A stretch of DNA of 64,000 bases, taken from NCBI GenBank assembly GCA_963674965.2, contig CAXXFL010000005.1:512001-576000 (forward strand). Reading direction: 5' to 3'. The position numbers and the translations under genes were made by a program. How positions within the stretch are numbered: the first letter of the stretch is position 1; every line of letters begins with the position of its first letter. The stretch comes from a bacterium (GTDB lineage Bacteria > RBG-13-61-14 > DATKZS01). This document shows, piece after piece, positions 1 through 12,400 of the stretch. The notes beneath the pieces were generated by a model. It saw only the letters and a program-made list of their open reading frames with translations, did no database searches and was not told the origin of the DNA.

Positions 1-96
1 ATTCCCGCCCTGGCGTGGCCGGCCGTAACCGTCTTGAAAAGGAAGGCAAGGCCTGAAGGCGCGCGCGCCAAGGGCAAAGCCCATGGGAATCCGTAA
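1..96 (+). CDS. Possible 3' end of an upstream gene (partial)
   Basis: Frame 1 reads IPALAWPAVTVLKRKARPEGARAKGKAHGNP-stop (TAA 94-96): a hydrophobic stretch then a basic tail. A hairpin follows at 223-248. Confidence 0.3.
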   Translation: MPALAWPAVTVLKRKARPEGARAKGKAHGNP

Positions 97-222
97 CCGT
101 TTCGAGAAGAAGAGTGAGACGCCAGGGCCGTAAGCCGAGCGACCACTCCTCAGAACCCGAACCGTCTTTAATATGAAAATGGGATGCCGAGACTTTTAAA
201 GCCAAGCACCTACCATCCAGAC

Positions 223-257
223 AAGGGGGCGTCATCAGGCGCCCCCTTAAACTTTTT
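223..257 (+). terminator. Intrinsic terminator-like hairpin
   Basis: AAGGGGGCGTC-atca-GGCGCCCCCTT stem followed by aaacttttt. Confidence 0.55.
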
Positions 258-420
258 CGCTCCAGCCCGCCTAATGGATTGAATAACGCTTTGGCGTCAT
301 GCTAATATATTGAGCAAGCGGTCAGCGGCAGGGTAACATTTACATCAATAGACGCGCCGCCCACTTGAGGCGGCATTCTCAATATTTTATCAGGTTCCTT
401 ACGATCGACAGGAGACGACC

Positions 421-3400
421 ATGAAAGCTATCCCGCTTGCCTTCCTTCCCGTCTTTTTCCTCGCGCTCCTTCTGGCGCCTTTAACCGGTTTTGCTCAGGA
501 CTCGGACGGCGACGGCATGCCCGACCTTTTCGAGATCAACATGGGCTGCCTCCGGGTGAACGTTCCCGACGGCGACCGGGACCCCGACCGCGACGGGGCC
601 ACCAGCCTCGAGGAATACAATAACTCGACATATCCGCTCTCGATCGTCAACCCTTGCACTCCGGATACGGACATGGACGGCCTGCCCGATGGATGGGAGC
701 TGGACAACGGGACTGACCCACTCTCCGTGGACGTGGACCTGGACCTGGATGGGGACACCCTGTCCAATGGGATCGAGTACATGATGGGGACCAACGCCAA
801 TAACGTGGACTCCGACGGCGCGGGTATCGAGGACGGCGACGAGGTACCCATCGGCTGGGACCCGGCCAGCCCCCTCGACGACTACTCCGAGACCCAGTAC
901 GAGGCCTACAGCGCGACAGCCAACAATAGCGCTGCCCAATATTGCCGAGGCCTGCAATTCCGGGCCGATGAGGGGACCATACTCACCAGCTACGGCCATT
1001 ACCTCAATCCCCAGGCCGGATCGACGCTTTTCTTCACCGTCTGGGAAGGGAATACCCTGAACGGGACGGTGAATAAGATTTTCGAGAAACGGGACGACAA
1101 CGTGGCCGGCGGGGTGGATTGGTATGAATCGGGCGATATAAACGCCGTCTTCGAGCCCGGGAAATACTACGAGGTCGTCACCTGCTGGAGGCAGGCGACC
1201 TATTATTACGGCACGGGCGGAAGCTTCGGCCCCACCCATTTCGGCGAGATGGTCGGGTCCGTGACCAGGAACGCGATGAGCTTTCCCCTGCCGGACTCCT
1301 TTTCCTTCAATCACTCGGCCAATACCAAGTATTGTATGCGCGCCAACTTCTGTGAGTCCGGATGCTTTCCCGCCGGCGTGGCCATCCTCCGCGACGCCCA
1401 GAGCTGGTCCAGCGCCAACACGGACCTCCTGGACCTGTTCAACGTGCCTTACTCGATATTCGGCGGGTCCCAACTCTCGGGCGCCGACTACTCGATATTC
1501 GACAAAATCCTCATCGAGTCCGCCCAGGACGAGGACTTCTACCAGGACCTGGAAACCAACCGGACCGCCGTCGAAGAGCGCGTGGAAGACGGCGCCGACC
1601 TCGAGTTCCACGGCGCCGACCCCGAGGGGTTCTGGCATGAAAGCTACCTTATCCCGACGGGAATAGACGGGCCCTTCTCGGAACGAAACGCCCTTGATTT
1701 CACCGCGTCCGCCGATTGGCACTGGGCTAAAATTGGCGCCGAGGACGACGGACTGGACGGCTGGAACTATTCCGCCTACGGCTACATAGGCTCCGCGGGA
1801 GGCGACACGCCAACCCCGCTGGTACTGGACTCCTCGTCCGAGGCGGTGCTCTCGGCCTTCAACTACGGGCAAGGCCAGGTCATCGCCGCCACCATGAGCC
1901 TGGAAAAAGCCGCCGACTCCGCCTCACCCCTCGGCGACGGCCCGGCCCTGCTCCGCAACCTCCTGCTCCACGAGGACAAGGAGGACATATCTCCGGAAAT
2001 TTGTCCAAGCGCCCTCAGCGACGTTCCTTTCCTCGGCGGAACGTCCACCACTGCCACCTACCTGTTCCGAGGCCACAAGTATCTCGTGACGACCCCCAGC
2101 GCGCTCTACGAGTTCAAGCAAAGACTTAACCTTTCCGGAACCACCGATTTGACTTACGTCGTGCTCGAGTCGGATTCACAGGACGGCCAGTACCAGAAAG
2201 TTTGGCAAAAAACCGTAAGCCACGCCCCCCAGGGCATTGAATGGTACGGCTCCGGCTATATCGGTATCGAGATGGAGGAGGGAAAATTTTACGCCATGGT
2301 CACGGGCTGGGCCACATTGAACGGCAGTTATTACTATCAGGCGAGTACCCTGCCAAGGCCCGTCAGCTTCGGGACCGCCGCGGCCGGAGCCGCCTACGCG
2401 GGAAACCCCTTGCCCGACCCCGTTTCTTTTGCCGCCACCACGAGCGCCTATCCGCAGGAGGTCATAACCCAGCCACTCGTTACTCCGCCTTTGCCCGAGT
2501 CACTAAAGTGCGTGATCCTGGACTCCGACGGCGACGGGTTCTCCGACTCCCTCGAGACCATATACTCGACCGATCCCGCGACGCCCGACACCGACGGCGA
2601 CGGACTCCCCGACATGTGGGAATATCTCATCGGCTTCAATCCCACGAGTCCCCTGCCCGAGGGCCTGTTTGACGACGATCTCGACGGTCTTTTCAACCTG
2701 GAGGAATACCACTACGGGACCAACCCCTTTGACGACGACTCCGACGGCGACGGATGGACCGACGACTACGAAATACTGGTCGGGACCGACCCCCTCACGG
2801 ACGACACGGCGGACGATCCCGACGGTGACGGCCTTACCAACTTCTCGGAAATAATTTTCCACTCGACCTTTCCCGACGATCCCGACTCCGACGACGACGG
2901 TCTTGACGACGGCTACGAGGTCAATACCTCGGGCACGGACCCTCTCAATCCCGACTCCGACTACGACGGCCTGCCCGACGGCTTCGAGGACGACTATAGC
3001 TCGTGCCTTGACGCCCTCAGCGTCGATAACCGCAACCTCGATCCCGACTCCGATTACCTGACCAACTTCGAGGAATTTATCCTCGGGCTCGATCCCTGCG
3101 TCTTCTCCGACTCCGACTCCGACGGCATGCCCGACGGCTTCGAGCTCCTTCACGCCGCCTGCGGGCTCGATCCCTTCTTCTCCGACGGAGCGGACGACCC
3201 GGACCTGGACTCTATATCGAACTTAAACGAGTACCTCTTCTCCTTCGACATGGACCCATGCTCGGACGACACCGACTCCGACCAGATGCCCGACGACTAC
3301 GAGATGGCCGCCTCCTGCCTGTCGCCCCTTTTGTACGAGGCCTACGAGGACCCCGACGCCGACGCGGTGGACAGCCTCATAGAGTACGGACAGGGGTTCG

Positions 3401-6400
3401 ATCCCTGCACGTTCGAGGATACCGACGCCGACGGCATGTCGGACCCGTGGGAAGCAAGCTACGGCTGCATGAGCCCCAACACGGCCGACTCCCAGGCGAG
3501 CGACCCGGATATTGACACCCTGACCAATATCGTCGAGTTCATCAACGGGTCCAACCCATGTCTCGCCGACACGGACGGCGACGGGCTGACTGATCCCCAG
3601 GAAATACTCAGCCTTCTGACCGACCCGGCCCACCCGGACTCCGACGGAGACGGGCTCTCCGACAGCGAGGAGGCGTGGTTCTATCTCTCCTCCCCCCTCG
3701 TCGCCGACTCCGACGGAGACGGACTGGGAGACGGCTTCGAGGCCGGCGTGGTCGTGGCCGTCGGGCCCAACGGGACCCTTGACTCCGCGCCCGCCGCGGG
3801 AGACTCGGTCAAACCCTTCTCCATCCGACTGGGAGCGGACATGCTGCCCGATACCCAGGCAATGGGAGACGACGTACAGATAATCGAGACGACCCTTACC
3901 GTGCCCAGGCTGTTCATCACCAACCCAAACAAGGCCGACTCGGACATGGACGGCATCGACGACCAACTCGAAATGATCAAGGGCGCCCACCCCATGAACT
4001 CGGATATAACCACCGCCGTCTTCGCGCCGGCCTTCCGGCTGACTTACGGAAATCAGGGAGCAGGACTCTCCAATCTGGATTGGGCCGACTCGGATAACGT
4101 TTACGGACTGGCGTGGAGCGACCCGAAAAGCGGGCCGGTCGGCAACGGTGAAATCTATTACCAGGCAATACTCGAAAGCGGAGACACCACCGACTTGCCC
4201 ACCCGGATCACCTTCGATACCGTCATGACCGATGGACCCGCTCTCGCCTGGTCCGGCTCCGAGTTCGGACTGGTATGGGAGGATGGAAACAGCGGCTACG
4301 AGATTTATTTCAGAAGACTCGACTCCAGCGGGACCCCCCTCGGGTTCTCCCTCAGGATCACTTACGACGCCACTTCATCTCACGATCCCTCCATAGTCTG
4401 GACCGGCTCCGAGTACGCAGTCGCATGGAAGGACGGAGGAGGGGCCTACCAGGAAGTTTATTTCGCCCGAGTCTCCGGATCAGGCCTGGCCGCGGGAAAT
4501 ACCATACTCCTCTCCAGCCAGGCCCAGGCATACGAGCCGAAAATTAACTGGAACGGGTACGAGTACGCCGTCTCCTGGTACGACGTCTCGGACGGGCAAT
4601 ACCACATGAGAAGACTCTATCCCGACGGGTCGCCAAAGGAACCGGCGGTTACCGTTCCCGGAAACCTCTCTATATGGACCGGCTCAGAATACGGCGTAGC
4701 CTATGAAAACACGGTTGACCAAAACACGGAAATTTACTTCCAGCGCCTCGCCCCCGACGGATCGGCCTTGAGCGAAGAGGAAAGGATTTCCTTCGGACTC
4801 CTCGACTCGACCGATCCCCAGGTCGCCTGGAACGGGACCGACTTCATCGTGGTCTGGATGGACCAGAAGGACGGAAACGACGAAATCTATTACGCCGCCG
4901 TCGATCGATACGGCAAGAGGGCCGGGCTGCCTAACCGTTTCACTTACACCGGCGGGGACTCGAGGTTTCCTCAGGTTGTCTGGACTGGCGAGGAACACGG
5001 CCTGGCTTTCATCGAGCACGAATACGGGCCATATCCCGAGGTGGACTTCGCCAACCAGGGCGACTCCGACGGAGACGGCCTTCGAGACGCCATCGAGAAT
5101 TCCATCTCCTGCTCCGACGCCTATGACCACGACTCCGACGGCGACGGCCTTCTTGACGGACTCGAGGACTTGAACGGCGACGGGATTTTCGATCCCCTTA
5201 CCGAGACCGATCCCTGCGATCCCGACACCGACGACGACGGCTTCACCGACGGGGAGGAGGACGCCGACCACGACGGAGTGGTCGACCCGTCCGAGACCGA
5301 CCCCAAGTCCGACGACACCGACGGCGACGGCTTGTCCGACCTCGAGGAAACAACCGAGGGAGAAGACGGATGGATTACCGATCCCGTCGATAATGACTCG
5401 GACGACGACGGCGTAAACGACGGAGACGAGGTCCAGAACGGATCCAATCCACTTTACGCCGCCGTCTATCCCCGGATAATCAAGTACGGCGGGGAAAATA
5501 GAATTACCTACGATTACTACTGGGATAGAAACCCGAAAATGGCATGGACCGGAAGCGAGTTCGGAATAACCTGGATGGGACTATCCACATCCACCGAGCG
5601 AGTCAAGTTCATGAGATTGGCCCTTGACGGCTCCACCCTGCAAACGCCGCTTATCATAAATACTCCAAACCTGGTCGACGCCGGATACCCGGATATCGCG
5701 TGGAACGGGAACGAGTTCGCCATCGTATTCGAGAATACCGCCTTCGAGGAAATATACTTCGCCCGCGCCTCCGCCCAAGGGACCGAGATCGGCGACGAAA
5801 TCAGACTGACAAACGACTCCGGAGGCGACTACGATCCTCGACTCGAGTGGTCGGGTTCGGCCTACGGCGTCGTTTGGGAAGGATCGCCCGCTTACTCGTC
5901 GGCCATGTTCCTGCTGGTTGGAGAGGACGGCTCCACGGTGGACCTCCCGCAAATGATTTCGACCGAGCCCTCCAGCTCACGAAATCCATACATCGACTGG
6001 ACCGGCTCCGTGTTCGGTTTCGCCTGGAACGAAAGGTATTCCACCAAAATGGGCTATCACTTCGCCTCCCTCAGCCAGGGGGGAACCATCGTCGAGTCCG
6101 GCTCCAGGATTACCTATGACGACAACCAATGGGACGGCGACCTGGCCTGGGGAGACTCGAACTTCCTGGTTACCTACGTCGTGAGCATGGGCGGCGACAG
6201 TGAGTTGTACTTCCTCGGGCTGGCGGAGGACGGCTCGACCCTGGGCGTCCAGCAAAGGCTGACATACGGCCCGGCCGGGTACGACTCCTACTGCCCGAGC
6301 GTCGCCTGGACCGGAAACGAGTTCGGCGTCGCGTGGGCCGACGACCGCGACGGAGGCGATACCGAGATTTACTTTACGCCTATCGGAGCCGACGGCTCCA

Positions 6401-9400
6401 CCAACGGGGCGCCCTTCCGTATAACCTTTGCCCCGGGCAGCTCCTATAACCCCGACCTTGTATGGATCGGTACCGAGTACGCCCTGGTGTGGGACGAAAA
6501 CCGACACGACGAATGGTATGACGATCTGTACTTCTTAAGGTTCAATTACGACACCGACGGCGACGCCATAATCGACGCGCTCGAGGACGGGCTGGCAACG
6601 GAAAAACGAAACTGGGACACCGACGGCGACGGCCTCTCCGACGGCGAGGAACTCTGTTACGACGGCGTATGCCTCGCCTACGCCGACGGCTTCGATCCCG
6701 ATCCCAACGATCCCGACACCGACGGCGACGGCCTGACCGACTACGACGAGGTCAAGGTCTATTTCACCAATCCCGCATCCTCCGATACCGACGGCGACGG
6801 CATGGACGACAAGTGGGAGTTGGATAATGGACTCTCCCCCGCCTCGGACGACGCGGATGGAGACCCCGACGGCGACGAGCTGTCAAATCTGCTCGAATAC
6901 CTCAATGGGACCGACCCCAACGACCCTGACTCCGACGACGACGGCATGGACGACGAGTGGGAAGTAAGCTACTCCTGCATGATGGCCAACACCGTGGACA
7001 ACACGGCCGACTACGATTTCGACGCCCTTCCCAATTTCAGCGAGTATATCCAGGACAGGGACCCATGCGACTTCGAGTTGCCGCCCGATTCGTCCTGCGC
7101 CCTCGACTCGCCCAATCCAACCAACGGCGACACCATAGGCCTGACCTATTCCGTCGATACCGAGCACGCCTACGTCTACCTTTATCAATCCATAGGCGGC
7201 GGACCCTACGCTCCCGCGGCCACTCCCAAGACCGGAGCGCTGGCCGGAAGGTTCACCGTCAGTACGACGCCTGGAGTGGACCAAGTAAGGTCCTTCTATA
7301 CCATCGCAACCCTCTCGGCCCTCGTCATCGAGGACCCGCCATCCTCGCCCGACGCCACCGTCGTGGTCGACAAAACCACGCCCATTTCCTACGTGAGCGC
7401 GGCTCCTTCTTTCGCGCCGGACGAGACCTTTCCGATCGAGTTCCTGTGCGACGACCTCGAGGCCCAGTCGCGCCTGTACTACCGCAAGGACGGCGGGGGG
7501 TGGACGGACTCGGGTCTGGGGCTGTTGGCGGGGGACTCGGGGACTTTCAGCTTCACGCCGGCGGGCGAGGGGACTTACGATTTTTATACCATCGCCGGCG
7601 ACCCGGCGGGGAACATCGAGGACCCGCCCACCTTCCCCGACAAGGACGCCACCACCGTGGTCGACGACTCGCCGCCCGCCGTTCCGGTCGTGATCGACGA
7701 CGGGACTTATACGGGTTACACCGACCGCTTTCACGCGACGTGGACGTGCGGGGGGGACAGCGTTTCGGGCATAGTGAGATACTACTACGCCATCGGGACG
7801 TCCGTTGGCTCGACGGTGATTGCGGGTTGGACCTCTAATGCCACGCTGACGGAGGTGACCAGGTTCGGGCTCGAGCTCGAGGACGGGTCGAGTTACTTTA
7901 TCGGGGTGAGGGCCGTTAACGGGGCGGGGCTTACGAGCGTGGGGTGGTCCGATGGGATACTCGTCGACTCGAGGGGGCCGGAGATCGCCTGGTCGTCGCC
8001 GGCGCATCGGGAGATCGTGAACGACGACATGCCGCCCGTGGACTTGCCGGTCAGTATAAACTTCATCGACCCGGGCGGGGCGGGGATCGACTGGGCGAGC
8101 CTCGAGATGGTGCTCGACTTCAGCACCGTGCAGAGCTTCAGCCAGGACGGGGACACGGTGAGCTTCGACGCGCTGGCCCTCGACCTGGGCAACCACGTGG
8201 TGAACGTGCAGGTCGCGGACCTGGCGGGGAACGGTCTTAACCGGAACGTCATCTTCGTGGTCGAGGACCCGCGGCGGGTGATAATCAATCCGGTATACGT
8301 GGAATGGGCCCCGGGCGACGGGGACGCGACCTTCGTGGCCGACGGCGGCACCGGCGCGTACCGGTGGGCGGCGACGGGCGGGGCGCTCGATTCCTTCACC
8401 GGGGCCGAGGTTGTCTTCACGCCGGGCCCCGAGGCGGGGGCCTACGTGGTGGCGGTTTCTGACGCCAAGCTGGTGAGCGCGCAGGCGACGATCATCATCT
8501 CTGGCGAGGTCGAGGTGGCCCCGGCGGTGGTCCGCCTGAGCGCGGGCTCGGCGGCGACCTTCACCGCCTCGGGCGGTAGCGGCGACTTCAGTTGGACGGT
8601 CAACGGCGGCTCTTGCGTATTGTCGGGCGAGCGCGATGAAACGTGTTCGTATACGGCCTTCGAGTCGAGCGGGCAGTACTCGGTGAAGGCGCAGGCGGGC
8701 TCGGGCGAGAGCTTCACCAGCCGCGTGATCGTCACCGATCCGGTGGGCCGGGCCATCGTGGTGGTGGGCGGCGGCCTGGTGGACTCGAACCGTCAGGTCG
8801 AGGCTCTGAACTCCCTTGGCCACCTCGCCTACGAGACCCTTTTGGCTCGCGGCTTCGAGCCGGACCAGATCATGTACCTCAATCCCGACGCGACCCAGGC
8901 CTACGACGGCGACGGCGACGGCTACGCGGACGACGTGGACGGCGCGCCCACCCCGGCCGCTCTGCAGGCGGCCATCCTGGATTGGGCCACCGCCGACCTG
9001 GGGGTGGACAACCCGGGCGTGGGTCCGGGCGTGCCGCTCATTATCTACATGGTCGACCACGGCGGCGACGACTCGTTCCTCATCAACTTCACGGCCGCGG
9101 GCGCGGGCCAGGAGGTGACCCCCACCCAGCTCGACTCGTGGATCGACGCGGTGCAGGGGGGCGACACCTCGAACCCGAACGGGGTAGACGTGGTGGTGAT
9201 TTACGACGCCTGCCGGTCGGGCAGCTTCCTGGACGAGGTGGGCGGCGGCGGTTCCGACCGTATCGTGATCACCAGCTCGGCGTCCTCGGAGAGCGCATAC
9301 TTTGGCGTATCGGGCACGATCAGCTTCAGCCAGTTTTTCTGGCAGCGGGTCCGGACGGGCGCCACTCTCAAGTCGGCCTTCAACGACGCGGCGGCGGCGC

Positions 9401-12400
9401 TGGCCACCTGGGCCACGCAGACGCCGTGGCTGGACGACAACGGGAGCGGGACTTACGCGGCCACCGGCGACGGCAAGGACGGCGACGTTGCGGACCTTTT
9501 CGTGGTGGGCGCGGACTTCGTGACCGGCGCGGTGCTTCCCGAGCTGACACCTCGCGGCGACGCGCTGCTCGAGGGCGACAGCCTGGATATTTACTCGGGC
9601 ATACTTTACGCCAGCTCGAGCGAGATATCGGCCATGTTCGCCATTTTGACGCCGCCTGGCTTCTCACCTCCCCAGTCGGAGGGCAACTTCGACACGCCCT
9701 GGCTGGAGGACGAGGAGGGCAATCCCCTGCCTCGCGTTTACCTCGAGTACTCGAGCGCGACGGACGACTGGCGGCGTCGGCTGGACTCGGCCGAGCTGGC
9801 CGAGCTGTTCACGGTCAACGGCCGATATACTGCCACGTTATACGCGATCGATCTCGAGGGCCGGGTGACGGCGGCGGCGGAGTTCTCGATCACGGTGTTC
9901 GGCCCGGACCCTTACGAGGACGACGACTGGTGGAGCTCCGGCTCGAGCGTCGAGGTTAACTCGAGCTCGGCGCAGGCCCACAACTTCCACGACTCGGGCG
10001 ACCGGGACTGGGTGAAGTTCTCCGTGGCCTTTGGGGACACGGGATATTACTCGGTGTATACGGAGAATTTAGCGGACCGCTGCGACACGGTGATCGAGCT
10101 TTACGGCTACTCGGTGGCCGGCTCGACGGTGGTCCCCATCGCGTTCGACGACGACTCGGGCCAGGACGGCGGCGGCTCGAGCCGTATTTTCATGTACCTG
10201 TCCGAGGGTCTTTATTACGCTGAAGTATATCAGTACGGCGACACCATCGGGGGCCAGGACACGGAGTACGACCTCCGGGTGGACCACGACGAGGGCGACT
10301 ACGGCTCGGTCGAGGGCTACGTGACGGACTCGGTGACGGGCTTCGGGGTGCAGGGCGCGAACGTGATCGTGATCCTTGGCGGTCCTCCCCGCGTGGCCAC
10401 CACCGGGGCGGGCGGCTATTACAAGCTCTCGAGCCTCCTGGCGGGCTCTGGATATCCCATGCAGGTGCAGGCGGCGAACTTCACCACCTGGTCGGGGACG
10501 GTGAACGTTGGCGTGAACCAGACCACCAGGAAGGACGTGGTGCTGGCGGCGAAGACCGGCACCTCGGGCGTGCTGATGGGCCACGTTTACGGTCACGGCG
10601 GCGCGCCGCTGGTGGGGGTCGGGCTCGAGGTCTCGGGCAAGTCCGTGGTGAGCGAGGCGGGCGGCCTTTACTCGATCCGTCTTGCTCCCGGAGCGGCCTA
10701 CGTTTATTCGAGCTGGCCGGGCTACGAGCCGTACCTCGAGGAGGGGCTAATGGTTGTGGCCGGCGATACCACGGTGCATGAGGTGTCGCTCGAGCCGGTG
10801 GACACCGACGGCGACGGCCTTCCGGACTGGATCGAGACCTCGGGCTGCACTGACGAGTCCGAGGCGGACTCGGACGGCGACGGCTTATGCGACGGCGATA
10901 CCGCGGTGTATGACGGCGCGACGCTCGTCTGCTCGGCGGGCGAGGACATGGACCTTGACGGCGAGGTCGGGGCCTCGGAGACCGACCCCTGCGACGACGA
11001 CTCGGACGGCGACCTCCTCGGCGACGGCGACGAGGCGCTGACTTACGGCACGGACCCGCTCGATGTTGACACGGACTCGGACGGCCTCGGCGACCGCCTC
11101 GAGGCGGTGGTCGTAAGCTGCCTCGATCCGACTGACGACGACACGGACGACGACGGCCTTCTGGACGGAACGTCGAGCGGCGAGGACAAGGACGGCGACG
11201 GGGTTGTTGACGCGACGGAGACGAGCCCTTGCCTTTTTGATACGGACACGGATACGCTGGGCGACGGCGCCGAGGTGACGGTATACGGCACGGACCCGCT
11301 CGAGGTTGACACGGACTCGGACGGCCTGAGCGACGGGCTCGAGGTACCCTGGTGCACGTCGCCCACGGACGAGGACAGCGACGGTGACGGGCTTCTGGAC
11401 GGCACGCCGAGCGGGGAGGACAAGGACGGCGACGGGGTGGTGGACGCCACCGAGACCAACCCCTGCGCCTTTGACAGCGACTCGGACGGCATCGGCGACG
11501 GGCTCGAGCTTGGGACTTACGGCACCAACCCGCTTAGGCAGGATACTGATTCGGATGGGATCGGCGACTACGTCGAGGCGGTCTCGAGCGCGTGCCTCGA
11601 GGCGACGGAGGCGGACACCGACGGCGACGGCCTTCTCGACGGGACCATATTCGGCGAGGACAAGGACGGCGACGGCGTGGTGGACCCGGGCGAGACCAAC
11701 CCCTGCCTCGAGGACAGCGACGAGGACGGGCTCGGTGACGACGAGGAGCCGGGGCTGGGCCTGGACCCCCTCGAGTGGGACACGGACGGCGACGCTCTTC
11801 CCGACGGCTACGAGGTGGCGAACTCGAGCGGCCATGCCTTGAACCTCGATCCGCTCGACCCGGGCGACGGCTGCGCGTCGGACTTTGACGGCGACGGCAA
11901 CGCCAACTGCCACGAGTATTACAACGGCACGGACATTTGGTCGGAGAACGTGACGGGCGGCTCGGCCTGCTTCAGCTGGGCGGACTCGGGGAGCACGGTC
12001 AGCGCCGACGGCCTGGTTTCGCCTCTGGACCTCGGCGCCTTGAACGCCCGCGCGTCGCTGAAGGACGCGTCCTACACGGGCGTGCTCCCACCCAACGGCG
12101 ACTCGCAGGAACTCGATATGGACGAGATTATCTCGGCGCTCGACCTGGCGGTCCTGCGCCAGATGGTTGCCAACCTCTCCACCTCCGGCAACCCCAGCCG
12201 TCCGGTCGCCCTCGAGGTTTACGGCGACACGGCGGTCACGGCCGAGGTGGGAAGCACGGTGCGGATCGAGCTGGGCGCCCTCAACCAGGGCGGCAAGCAC
12301 ACATCGAGCCTGGGGATCATCTTCACCATCGACCCCTCCTCGACCGCCTCGGCCACCCTCCTCGGCGGCGACGGCGCGGCCTCGAGCGGCCGCTACGACG

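Noticed and set aside
20-220. c-di-GMP-I riboswitch or repeat array upstream of the giant gene (GGCAAA; three CCG(T)AACCGT copies ~67 nt apart)
   Set aside because: The P2/P3 architecture could not be built by eye, and the repeats are too short and degenerate to call.
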